DNA from: an uncultured virus (IMG/VR IMGVR_UViG_2061766007_003888)
Lineage: Duplodnaviria > Heunggongvirae > Uroviricota > Caudoviricetes
IMG/VR virus record: IMGVR_UViG_2061766007_003888
DNA length: 64,000 bases
Reading direction: 5' to 3' (one strand)
The first letter of the stretch is position 1; each line of letters begins with the position of its first letter. The notes below the pieces were generated by a model that searched no databases, was not told the origin of the DNA, and saw only the letters and a list, made by a program, of their open reading frames with translations. The translations under genes and the position numbers were made by a program. This document shows positions 10,221-20,657 of this stretch, piece by piece.

Positions 10221-11525
10221 ATGAAACTTAACGAAGCAGAAACCGAAAAATTGTTCAGTATCGACGATATTGACACTGATTACATGATGCTCGATTTGGC
10301 CGACGCACCGGTTTCCAAACCGGAAGCCGTAATATATTTCGGTAAGGACGGAAAGATTTCCGGATTAGATACGATACTCATGTCTGTCGCCGTTCCGCCT
10401 CCGGTACCCGGCAAGAAATGTTCAGTGACAATCCAGTATACGCCGAAAAGCTACGATACGGACGTTACTACCGACCAGTTTACTGACGGCGTCTTCGAAG
10501 CCGACGAGACCGATGACGGCCTGATTGTCACGACGGAAGACCTGGAAGCCCTCGGCAAGATTATTTCCGCGGAGTTCGAACGCGAAGTCGATTACCCGTT
10601 CGACAACGAAAGCGTGCACGATAACGTCAACAATACGCTCAACCGTCTCGATTTCGCCGATGCTATCGCCTGGTACGTCAAGGAAGGCGCCGCGAAAACT
10701 ACGGAATACAAGTCTCTCTATAATGAATATATTAAGGAAAAGGACAAGAAACAGTCCGCAATAAAGGCCCGCGGCGGAAAGTCCAATAACGAGCTCCTCG
10801 TAGACGGCTTGAAAAAGAACCCGTATGTTACCAGGGTCGAAGTCATCGACAAGCAGACGGCAAGGTTTACCAAGTTGATCCGCGTCTATACGAAGATTAA
10901 CAAGGTTTACGACATCCTCTGCAATAGCGCCGGTACGAACTATGTGGTCAAGACCCACGGCGATTTCGGTAATTCAGTGAATACTGGTTCGTTCATGCAG
11001 GTCATAAGCAATGTCGGCAAGCGTATTACCGGTTTCATCGAACGTGAAAAGATGAGCAAGATGTCTAACCGTGAACGTCACGAGTATAACCGCAAGAAGT
11101 TGCAGGCAAGTCGTGAAGATGACGATGCAATCGACAACGACTGGGGTTCCGATATGGACGCGGACGAAGAAGCAGCTCTCGGTATCAAGGAATCTACCCG
11201 TTTCGAAAAGGAAATGTCCCTTTCCGAAGCCATAAAGATTCTCGAGGACCAGGGCATCACACTTCACGAACTGAACGAATCGGAAGAAATGGCGACTATC
11301 AAGTTTTCCGTCTATCTGAACGGCGAAGACCAACCCGAAGAAAAGGTCACGTGTACGGTTCAACGCCCGCTCAGCATAGCCAACATGATTGCGGATAATG
11401 GTAATAACTATGACGAAAAAACCAGTGAAAAATTTACCGATAGCGTACCGGATATAGTGTATAACTTGACCGGTAAGCATTGCAGTTATCACTGGTGCTT
11501 CGACATGACTCCTGAATTGGTATAA
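10221..11525 (+). CDS. hypothetical late protein, putative head-internal protein
   Basis: 434-aa ORF, TATAAATA at 10191 and AGGAG RBS; internal MSLSEAIKILEDQG motif. Confidence 0.7.
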   Translation: MKLNEAETEKLFSIDDIDTDYMMLDLADAPVSKPEAVIYFGKDGKISGLDTILMSVAVPPPVPGKKCSVTIQYTPKSYDTDVTTDQFTDGVFEADETDDGLIVTTEDLEALGKIISAEFEREVDYPFDNESVHDNVNNTLNRLDFADAIAWYVKEGAAKTTEYKSLYNEYIKEKDKKQSAIKARGGKSNNELLVDGLKKNPYVTRVEVIDKQTARFTKLIRVYTKINKVYDILCNSAGTNYVVKTHGDFGNSVNTGSFMQVISNVGKRITGFIEREKMSKMSNRERHEYNRKKLQASREDDDAIDNDWGSDMDADEEAALGIKESTRFEKEMSLSEAIKILEDQGITLHELNESEEMATIKFSVYLNGEDQPEEKVTCTVQRPLSIANMIADNGNNYDEKTSEKFTDSVPDIVYNLTGKHCSYHWCFDMTPELV

Positions 11526-11540
11526 GAATAAATTCAAAAT

Positions 11541-11570
11541 AAAAACCGGTCATTTGACCGGTTTCTTTTT
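11541..11570. terminator. bidirectional intrinsic terminator
   Basis: AAACCGGTCA-TT-TGACCGGTTT with A/T tracts on both sides, between convergent genes. Confidence 0.75.
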
Positions 11571-12594
11571 ATATCAGGAATTCGTCCATCGGGTTTTCCT
11601 CGAGCATCAGGTGCTGCCCGATTTTAATCCATCCGTTAATTCTGTACATCGTCTCGAAAAGCTGGCAGAACGACTTTCTGAACATCGTCTCGTAGTCTAC
11701 CGTGAACATGTTGTTGAATTCGTCGGGCCAGGTTTCCAGGAACGCGACAAAGTTTACCGGTTGAACACCCGGCTTGCCTATTTCCTTGTACTTGAACTCG
11801 TTATTCGGCAGGACATAGATATATTTCATCTTCGTGTTATTGCCGATTGGCGTAAGCTTGAGTCGCTTTTTTGCCAGGATATAATTATATATCAATGCGG
11901 CTTTTGCGCCGAAAATAACGGAAGTGTTCTCGCCCTTGTCGAACTCGAGACCGTTCTTCACGTAATAGTCGATGTCGTTAGGTATATACTTCTTATAGTT
12001 CGTGATACCTATGACTGCGGAAATTTCGTCAATCGGCGTCTTGCAGTATTGTTCGTATACCTTCATTATTTCGCGGTCGCAATAATCCTTTTTCGCGCCT
12101 GCACATATTTCAAATGCGAGCTTTTCTGCAGCTTCCTTACAAAAGTTTGGCATAGTGCTCTTTTTTATGCCTACACCCATAATTTTATGTTTCGGTTTGC
12201 TGAATGGATATGGGTGCCCTTCCTTATCGATAATATTACCTATATAAAGTTTACGGGCAAAACAAAACATATTCTTGAATATGTTTTCGCGATTGAATTT
12301 AATTTTATTCGTCGTATTTGTTTTTTGCGCGCGAATTAATAAAATTTTATTGAAGAAAGTTTGAAATACATGTTCGGCTTTTTTATAAAAGTCACGATAT
12401 TCTTCTTCCGTTTCAATTTTGACACCGGATTCTATTAATTTGCGCTTAAGTTCATTGATAGAAAAATATACGGATATCTAGGAGTCTGTGTCGTTATGTA
12501 CGGCACAGACATCCCTCCCTTTTACTTTAAGCGGTTCATGATTTTTAAATGTAAAATTTTCGTGTTGAATATAATCAACTTTATAAAATTTCAT
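11569..12594 (-). CDS. family-B DNA polymerase, C-terminal half (motif C, thumb), with in-frame TAG at codon 39
   Basis: ATG at 12594: MKFYKVDY...VCAVHNDTDS*ISVYFSINEL...KFNRENIFKNMFCFARKLY...KIMGVGIKKS; one frame throughout, only interruption is TAG at 12480-12478. Confidence 0.85.
12472..12483 (-). other. candidate programmed translational bypass site (TCC-TAG-ATA-TCC)
   Basis: matched Ser codons around a stop; skipping 9 nt restores DTDSVYF. Confidence 0.6.
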
Positions 12595-12601
12595 AATTAT
12601 A

Positions 12602-12609
12602 AAATATAG
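12602..12609 (-). promoter_or_regulatory. CTATATTT promoter-like motif for the polymerase C-half
   Basis: same motif precedes genes at 710, 15923, 23881, 28467, 32617, 42808 and 51049. Confidence 0.5.
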
Positions 12610-12612
12610 TAA

Positions 12613-13581
12613 TTAATTGTTGTTGTTATGAATGTTTGAAATAATATTTAATATTTTATTCTTCTCGGCATCTTGATTATGCAACCAATCGTATTCTTTA
12701 ATACGAACCAATAAAATACCTTTATTTTCACATAATAAATCTTTTTTATGATCTTGTTCCCATATATCCTTTGCGGTAATACCGGAATGTATAATAGTAT
12801 CGGGTTCATAAAATCTCGGATCCGCATGCCAGTATTTACCGTCAAATTCGAAAGCCAAATTTAATTCCGGCAAATATATATCAAGCTCTTTCCCGTCGAG
12901 AATCTTACGATCATTTCTTATAACATTTACATTTGTATTTTCTGTAATAAAATTATAAAGACTATTTTCACCGTCAGATGTTATCCCGGATATATGATTA
13001 CAATTCGTACATAATGGTGTATGAAGTATTAGGCGTATTTTTAGCGCCTGGTTCATAATATAAAAATCTGTATTACATATATTACAATGGCACTTATATA
13101 ATAAATTATTATATTCAATTAATTCACAATTTTGTCGACGTATTTCTTCTTGATATTTTTTAAATACATATTCTGTATTTCTAATTCGATGTAATTCTTT
13201 TGATTCTTCGGTATTATACAGATAATCGTGCCCATGTTTTCTTATATAATTGTCACGAGTATCAGCCCTACTTGAAACACCATTAGGAAACCAATTACCA
13301 TTTTTGCGTCGAGAATCGACAATTTTTTGATTTCTATCAGATGAATGTGTAGAGCAATAATTTGAACAATATTGATTATAACCTGTTTTTAATTTATTCG
13401 AAAACTTGGTAGGATTTCCGCACGCTTTACATATACCTTCATCTGGCGTTTTTAAAAATTGATCATAATATTCTTTTGCCGATAATTTATGCAATTTCTG
13501 AAAATGAGTACAAAGTGCATTTAAATTCTTAAATGTTTTATGACATATTGCACAAGTTGGTTCTATATCTCTATTATTCAT
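12613..13581 (-). mobile_element. free-standing homing endonuclease (zinc-finger N-terminus + Vsr/EDxHD/DUF559-like nuclease) inserted in the polymerase gene
   Basis: CAIC..H..H / CKAC..YCSNYC N-terminus; ELDIYLPELNLAFEFDGKYWHAD...DHKKD...GILLVRIKE C-terminus; AT-rich; overlaps the N-half stop. Confidence 0.8.
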
Positions 13582-15923
13582 CAATTCCTAGCATATCCGT
13601 ACTTTCATTAAATTCACATGCGTCGATCGATATTTCTTCGCCGTTACGTAATACGGTAATTTTATCATTATAACCATATGTATATATTTTATTATTTACC
13701 GTTAAATTTATGGTAGAATATTCTTTTTCGACATCTTTTATCAATGATACCGATTCATAATATTCGTTAAGGTACTTGGTCAGCCAGTCACGAAGCGTAA
13801 CACGGGCAGAACGACAAATAACACGTGCGCAATCTGGATCGTACAGGTGAAATCCCGGTGCAAGGCTTACACCGTAAACGGAGTTAATAATAATCTTCTT
13901 TACGCCCTGTCTATTGTCGTAAAGGTTGGCAAGTTCCATATTTCCGGCGTTTTCTGCCTCTTCCTGTAGGTCCTTATAATGCTTGCGTTCATCGAAAACC
14001 TTCTTGACGACATTCGGNNNNNNNNNNACCCTGCCTGTTGTCGTAAAGGTTGGCAAGTTCCATATTTCCGGCATTTTCTGCCTCTTCCTGCAGGTCCTTA
14101 TAATGCTTGCGTTCATCGAAAACCTTCTTGACGACATTCGGAAGAATCGCGTCGTCTGTCCTCAAGAAACCAACCTCGTTGACATCCGTAAGTATGACCT
14201 TACCGGATTCAATATCGATTTTCTTCGGATGGATAACCTTTACTTCAGGCGATATATTGAACTGCATGATATGGTGCGGGTAGGAAGACGTAATATCGAA
14301 CGACATATCGTCGTCATGCCTACCTGGATAATCATAACAATAACCGGCCTTCACCTGGAATTCAGGGAACGGATGTGGCCATTTCTTAAACTGTGAGTAG
14401 CTCGCGTTAAACAGCTGCTTCGACGTCAGACGGACACCGCGAACGGTCTTCGGTTTCCAGAGCTGCTCTATTTTCGCGATATGCTCTTCTACCGGATGGC
14501 CAGTATATATGTCGTTCATTATCAGGTATTTTTCGAATTCCGGGTTATTGTCTTCCCATTCTGTATTCTGATAGTAAATCGAGCCGTCGGCCTGCGGAAT
14601 CATGTAGCATTTTTCTTTCGCCCACCAGTCGACATGAGTTTTCTTCTTGTCATTCAACACGCGGTTCGTTTTATGCAAGAACCTAAGAATATAACCTGTC
14701 GTCGTAGGTACCTTGTTATAGATCTTGTCGAGCGTAACAATACAGTCGAACGCGTATTCGATAATGAGTTCGAATAACTTGAGCTTGTCGAAAAGCTTTT
14801 CGAGAAGAATAACGTCCTTGATATTATAGCATACGAAATTATCCCAGTCTGTCTTATAGGCTTCGTTGATGGAACCCGTATATTTCAATTTCTGGTCGCC
14901 AAGAACAAGATTGGAAACGAAGTTCAACGAATACGACGGTAATGGGTCATGCTTACCGAATGTCTTGTAGAGTTCCATGAAGTCTATAGAATAAAGCCCC
15001 GGAATTTCGAACGTGGCGCCGAGATCAACACCCTCGAGTTTACGGTCGGTAATCTCGTGTTTTACTGGATCAAGATTCAATGGCGACATCGCACGTTCCC
15101 ACATTACGTTTTTACCCGTAATTTCGCGGAGTTTCGCACAACGGTTAATGATATACGGAATATCATACGATACAGAATTCCATCCGGATATGATATCGAA
15201 ATCCATCGAACGGAACCATTTGAGCCATTTCCGAATCAGGTCTATTTCAGAAGAGCACGCTATATATATCGTATTGTTCAGTTTATCCTTGTCACCGAGA
15301 TACGGCTTCAGACCGAACGTATAACGTGTCTTTGTCTTAGTAGAATAGCACGTAATGAGGTTTATCGGCCAGTCTGCTTTTTCGGGCGCCGGAAATTCAT
15401 ACGATACGTAACATGAATTCGCGAATTTTACCCAGCAATTCTGTTCAATGTCGAATACTTCAAATTCTTCTTTCGGATACTTCATGTCGAACATATACAA
15501 CTCGACCTTCTTGAAAATCTTCTTTTCAAGATTACGTATATCTATCTCGAAATTGTCATAAAATTTCGATGAACCGGCGACTTCAATATCGAACAGACAT
15601 ACATTCCAGTCGTTGATATCGACTTCGAGATTCTCGAAGTCATATCGTTCGTGCATGAACTTGACTTCAGGCCGGAGGTCAGATTCGGCAATTATACAAT
15701 TGGAACTATTGCGCAAAACATCCATATCGCGGTCGCGGTTATACGAATGTTTCTTGACAGGATTCTTGTATATATCCTTGATGTTCGATTTGCCCGTAGG
15801 ATCCGTTATATAGCACCACGGCTTGTAATCGTAGGTGACCCAGTCTGTCGAACCCTGTTCCTTGAGCAATATCTTTCTACGCGAACGATCATAATAACAA
15901 TTTTTAAAGCCTAATTTCGCCAT
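13574..15923 (-). CDS. family-B DNA polymerase, N-terminal half (exonuclease, motifs A and B); duplicated segment at gap ~14018
   Basis: FDIEV (ExoI), GWNSVSYDIPYI (ExoII), YNIKDV (ExoIII), FDITSSYP (motif A), KIIINSVYG (motif B); no DTDS before the stop. Confidence 0.92.
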
Positions 15924-16007
15924 ATCAAAATAACCTAAAATACATATTAAATATAGAAAAATGGCGCGACTTGAAAATCGCGCCAATTTTTATCTAATTT
16001 TTTAATA

Positions 16008-16217
16008 TTAGATATTGAGTGCCTTAACGAACTTGGTAATATCTTCCATAGCCTGGAGATAGCCGGCCTTAAAACTTGCCTTGTCGGCAGGAACGGCCGT
16101 CTTCTTCACTTCGTCGAGACGAGCAGGGATAAACTGCTTGATCGCACGAATTGCGTTGACGAGGATATCTTCAGAGTCGATAGCGTCGTTAAAGTTATTT
16201 CCGTTTTGTGTAACCAT
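16008..16217 (-). CDS. small hypothetical protein
   Basis: 69-aa ORF with AAGGA RBS. Confidence 0.6.
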   Translation of the reverse strand: MVTQNGNNFNDAIDSEDILVNAIRAIKQFIPARLDEVKKTAVPADKASFKAGYLQAMEDITKFVKALNI

Positions 16218-16246
16218 ATGTATTTTTCCTTATTTTAATGTTCAAA

Positions 16247-16477
16247 TCACTTTTTTGTTAACCAAATATTATATATCTTGTTATCTTCCTGACATTTCCT
16301 GATATTATCGGGTATAAGTTTCTGAAATTCTTCCGGTATATCCGACAAATCGGGCGCCTGTTCGTATTGTGACCATGCAGTCTGTTGCGCAATCTGCTGC
16401 GCGACTTCGGGCATGCCTTCCAACGCGTTTTCCCAGTCAATCGGACGATTTTTATCGTGTTTGTACTCTGGAATCAT
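16247..16477 (-). CDS. small hypothetical protein
   Basis: 76-aa ORF overlapping the IF-1 3' end. Confidence 0.5.
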   Translation of the reverse strand: MIPEYKHDKNRPIDWENALEGMPEVAQQIAQQTAWSQYEQAPDLSDIPEEFQKLIPDNIRKCQEDNKIYNIWLTKK

Positions 16478-16727
16478 TTTCTTTATACCTATATTTAATA
16501 ATACCCTTTGTCAGATCATATTCGGAAAGTCTTACCTGTACCCTGTCATCCGGCAAGACCTTTATGTATTTCATTCGCATCTTACCGCATATTGTACAAA
16601 GTACAACAAAATCATTATCCAGCTTTACGGTAAACATCGCATTTGGCCTTGCTTCGAGTACCGTACCGTCAACATAAATTCCGTCTTCTTCCTTGCCAGG
16701 ACCCCTGTTTTTCTTATTTTTCTTCAT
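16452..16727 (-). CDS. infA: translation initiation factor IF-1
   Basis: [18 protein letters not shown]...[37 protein letters not shown]. Confidence 0.92.
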   Translation of the reverse strand: MKKNKKNRGPGKEEDGIYVDGTVLEARPNAMFTVKLDNDFVVLCTICGKMRMKYIKVLPDDRVQVRLSEYDLTKGIIKYRYKENDSRVQTR

Positions 16728-16749
16728 TTATTTATTTTTNNNNNNNNNN

Positions 16750-17944
16750 TTCCTTCACGATTTCAACAGGCGGCTCAATAACGGGATCTTCAACAACTTC
16801 AAATTCTTCTTGCGGAACATCAGGTTCGCTTTCTTCAACGACAGGCTTGTTCGCATTCTGCTTCTTGTCAATCGCCTCCTGCATCAACATCGCGTTTGCC
16901 TTGACACGGCTTAGCGTATCGTTCTGCTTCTTGCTCTGTTCTTCGTCCTGCTGGATAAGGGCTGCGCTCAATATGTCAGAGTTTGCAGATTCATTCATCT
17001 TTATGAATGCGGAATTGAGCATTTCGTTTTCGTCGAGCTCCACATTATTTTCCGGTTCGATGATTTCAGGAGTTTCGACGACCGTATTTTCCTTAACAGG
17101 AGCCGGCTGAGGCCTGTAAACAGGCTTTTCGCGTATTACCGGCTTTTCGATATACTTGACGACTTCTTTCGGTTTCGGGTTGATAATGGCTTCGAAAATC
17201 CGTTCAAGATGCTTATTGATCTTCTCGAGACCAGACATACCGTACCTATAAAATGCATTCTCGATTTTCTGCTGCATCTCGTCCATCATCGTATATGCGC
17301 GAGAAAGCGCCGGATTGGTATCTACGCTTTCCTTAATATGACGCTTTCTCTGCGGTACAGCCGGTTCGTCATCGAACAAATCATCGTCGGGTTCCTGCGG
17401 AGGTTGATACGGTTTTACACGCTGCGGTCTTGGCGCCGGAGCGGGAGTGGCCGGTTTCGGCGGCTGGGGTATAGGCCTGGTAATCGGCCTGGAAGTATTC
17501 GGCCTGTACGGGACACGGGCGCCTTCCGTCAACTGTGTATCTTCGAACTCGTCAGCTTCGAAGTCTTCTTCCGGCGGCAGGGTTTCATTATAGAAGTCAT
17601 CGTCTTCGTTCTGGAAACGTTCCGCCATAAGCGCCTTCTGTTTCTTATGNNNNNNNNNNTGCGGGTGCGGCCGGCTTCGGCGGTTGGGGTATAGGCCTGG
17701 TAATCGGCCTGGAAGTATTCGGCCTGTACGGGACACGAGCGCCTTCCGTCAACTGCGTATCTTCGAACTCGTCAGCTTCGAAGTCTTCTTCCGGCGGCAA
17801 GGTTTCATTATAGAAATCGTCGTCTTCGTTCTGGAAACGTTCCGCCATAAGCGCCTTCTGTTTCTTATGAAGTTCAAGACGCTGTTCTTCAGTCATAGAA
17901 CGGCGTTCTTCTTCTTTCTTGTAATAATCCATGAAATCACTCAT
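16750..17944 (-). CDS. Pro/Glu-rich hypothetical protein (gapped, duplicated)
   Basis: MSDFMDYY... start with TATAAATA upstream; frame continues after gap. Confidence 0.55.
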
Positions 17945-17968
17945 AATTTACCGTCTATTATTTATAAT

Positions 17969-18379
17969 CTATTCGCCAGAAGTTTTGTATTTCACCTTTA
18001 TATAATACGTTTTCGCCAGATTATCCGGGGTCAATACGATAACATACGGAAGGTCAAGAATCTTTGTGGCGATACCCATGAATATATTTTGATAATTCAC
18101 CACGTTATAATATTTAATCTCGTCAGTTTTTCGTAATTCATACAGTTGTTCGATGCCGTCGGTACTCATAAAATATTCGGTAAAATCCGGATATTCGACA
18201 ATATTCATGGATTCGAGTATCGTCTCTTGTATCTGTACCATCGGGTCAGAATTCATAAATTCGACAATAGACGTCATGGGATCCGCTTTCTTCGCCATGG
18301 CCTTATCATGTAAAAACTTCAATATATTCTTAAGATTGGGTGCTTCTTGGTTCATCGACAGGTTCCTTTTCGAATTCAC
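17969..18379 (-). CDS. hypothetical protein
   Basis: ORF in co-directional run; start uncertain. Confidence 0.55.
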   Translation of the reverse strand: MNSKRNLSMNQEAPNLKNILKFLHDKAMAKKADPMTSIVEFMNSDPMVQIQETILESMNIVEYPDFTEYFMSTDGIEQLYELRKTDEIKYYNVVNYQNIFMGIATKILDLPYVIVLTPDNLAKTYYIKVKYKTSGE

Positions 18380-18626
18380 GAATAGCCTTGTTTACGATAA
18401 AATCATTTATCTTACCGAGGTATTCGTCGATATCTTTCATATCAGAATTCAGAATGGATACATAAAGCGTAGCAGAAAAATCCGGAGAAATTTCTATATA
18501 ATTATTATAGGCCATTTCGGCGATAAACAACGCATAATAATCTTGAAGGGTTCTCGACCCGAGACCGGCGAAAACCTCTTCAAGATTACTTTTTGCATCG
18601 ATTATATTATTAAATATTTCTTCCAT
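18330..18626 (-). CDS. hypothetical protein
   Basis: 98-aa ORF coupled to the clpP stop. Confidence 0.55.
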   Translation of the reverse strand: MEEIFNNIIDAKSNLEEVFAGLGSRTLQDYYALFIAEMAYNNYIEISPDFSATLYVSILNSDMKDIDEYLGKINDFIVNKAIREFEKEPVDEPRSTQS

Positions 18627-19490
18627 TAAATCATCTTCGCGGAAATTTTATCAATCAGGCCGAGCTTCTTCGCTTCGGACGCGGACATATAGTTATCGTA
18701 GGAAGTCAGCTTCTTGAGCTCGTCAAGACTCTTGCCCGTCTGCTTCTTGAAGATATGGTTCATGTTATCAGTCCATACCTGAAGTTCGTGCTGGATAATA
18801 TTGATATCGTTGAGCTTGCCGCCAGTTTCCGTAATTCCTGCCTGATGAATCATGATACGGGAACTCGGGAAAGCATAACGGTGACCGATAGTACCNNNNN
18901 NNNNNAGTCTGCTTCTTGAAGATATGGTTCATGTTATCGGTCCATACCTGAAGTTCGTGCTGGATGATATTGATATCGTTTAGCTTGCCGCCAGTTTCCG
19001 TAATTCCTGCCTGGTGAATCATGATACGGGAACTCGGGAAAGCATAACGGTGACCGATAGTACCGGATGCAAGAATGACCGAAGCCATCGAACTGCAGGA
19101 ACCGATACAAATCGTATTGACTTCGATATGCTTGGACTTGAGCTTATTGATACAGTCGATTATCGCGAAACCGACATCGCATTCGCCACCCGGTGAAGAC
19201 ATATAGATCGTTATCGGGTTTTTAGTACCGTCGTCATAAAAGCAAAGTTTTTGTATAATGTGTATACCGTTTTCCCAAGTAATAGGACCAATCATGAAAA
19301 TAACACGGTTCGCCTCGAAATAATTATTACGGACTACGTCGAAATAATTACCGAGTTCGCCGAGATTTATTTGTTGCGGCTGGTCATCTTCTTTCGGAGC
19401 GGGCTGTTCTGCCGGCATTTCCTGTGGCGGAACCGATTCAGTGGTTTCTTCTTTTTTCTGCTTAGCATCCAAAATGGCTTCTGTATACAT
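18626..19490 (-). CDS. clpP: ClpP protease subunit (duplicated segment at gap)
   Basis: ITIYMSSPGG, GSCSSMASVILASG (Ser), RIMIHQ (His), YDNYMSASEAKKLGLID (Asp). Confidence 0.92.
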
Positions 19491-19758
19491 CTATATACCT
19501 TTCATTATTCAAATTTATTTTGTACACCGCCGGTTGCTTCGGAGTATCTATTTCCGGATCTTCCGTAGGCACTATGGCAGCGCTTTTAAACAATATCTTC
19601 CCGTACTGTATAGCCGCTTCGACCCCGCAATACTTGATAATCTTGTATAGTCTCGGTGACTTATTAAACCGGAAAATACCGTAGTCCTTGTCGCGGGACA
19701 TCAATGTATATATGTTGCCCGCGCTATCCATATATATATGACCGATTTCAAAACTCAT
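19462..19758 (-). CDS. hypothetical protein
   Basis: 98-aa ORF in overlapping operon. Confidence 0.55.
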   Translation of the reverse strand: MSFEIGHIYMDSAGNIYTLMSRDKDYGIFRFNKSPRLYKIIKYCGVEAAIQYGKILFKSAAIVPTEDPEIDTPKQPAVYKINLNNERYIDVYRSHFGC

Positions 19759-19979
19759 ACAAGCTCATTCTTCCTAAGGAATGCGTTAATTTTCTTACTA
19801 AGGTCGTTGTTCTTGGAACTGATAACCTTTCGTTCTTCGTCGTTATATTCGTCATAGTTCTTGATATAGATTTTCGCGTATTCATCAAAATGTTCGAATA
19901 CATCTTCAATCACTGACGCATAGACTGACTTAACTGCATTAAGCGGGCTTACTGTTTTCTGATTCATTGTTATATTCAT
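19755..19979 (-). CDS. hypothetical protein
   Basis: 74-aa ORF, ATGA overlap. Confidence 0.5.
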   Translation of the reverse strand: MNITMNQKTVSPLNAVKSVYASVIEDVFEHFDEYAKIYIKNYDEYNDEERKVISSKNNDLSKKINAFLRKNELV

Positions 19980-20223
19980 ATGCCAGAGTTTCCAGTTTGT
20001 GAACGAATTCAGATTTCTTCTCGAATTCAGGCAACAGCCCGACGACGACCGAAAGCCATTCGCTCAGGGTTTTACATTGTTTAAACTTTTCAGAGATTCC
20101 TGCCGCCTTGTCGATTACATCGCGTAATGCCGCGAATTTCTTCGGGTCGTTCGCGATAGACAATAAATCCCTGTCGGACTTGAATAACGGCGGAATCTTG
20201 AATACCTTGTATTTCTTGGCCAA
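19939..20223 (-). CDS. hypothetical protein
   Basis: 94-aa ORF, TTG start. Confidence 0.5.
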   Translation of the reverse strand: MAKKYKVFKIPPLFKSDRDLLSIANDPKKFAALRDVIDKAAGISEKFKQCKTLSEWLSVVVGLLPEFEKKSEFVHKLETLAYEYNNESENSKPA

Positions 20224-20228
20224 CGGTA

Positions 20229-20657
20229 TTAGTCCTTAAAAGTCTTAGAAAACTGTTCAAGGCCGTAAATCGTCGTATCTATAATCTTCGGGTCAATCAC
20301 GCCGTTCTGCGTACTGATCATGATGATGAGCTCAAACATAGCGCGGACTTCGGCTACCGGATCCGTTTCGGTAACCTTGATCATCTTTTCGATGATATCT
20401 TCCGGAATCTTATGAATAAACGTAGAATCGTTATTGTAATCGATAAAGAACTTACGGAAATCATTGATATACCATAAAGCCTTCATGAGGTCTTTCTTGG
20501 GCGTACCCTTGTCACGGTATCTCATACAATATTTCCAGCAATTACCGAGGTCAAACTGTAACCAGCGCGTAATTTCAATAGCTTCTATACCGGATTCATG
20601 CGAGCGGTAATGCTTAGGTTCGTTAACTTCTTCTTCAAGACTCTGACCATTAATCAT
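20229..20657 (-). CDS. DUF3310-family protein
   Basis: VNEPKHY...IEAIE...FDLGNCWKY..RY..KG...DL.KA.WY signature. Confidence 0.8.
   Translation of the reverse strand: MINGQSLEEEVNEPKHYRSHESGIEAIEITRWLQFDLGNCWKYCMRYRDKGTPKKDLMKALWYINDFRKFFIDYNNDSTFIHKIPEDIIEKMIKVTETDPVAEVRAMFELIIMISTQNGVIDPKIIDTTIYGLEQFSKTFKD

Noticed and set aside
12478..12480. Genome-wide TAG reassignment (code 15) as explanation of the polymerase stop
   Set aside because: TAG terminates apparently complete genes (e.g. 683, 1445, 2727, 3262), and long genes lack internal TAGs.
12493..12594. Functional split intein C-fragment ending in VHN on the polymerase C-half
   Set aside because: The +1 residue is Asp, HN occupies the AG/YG position of motif C, and no block A is evident in the N-half.
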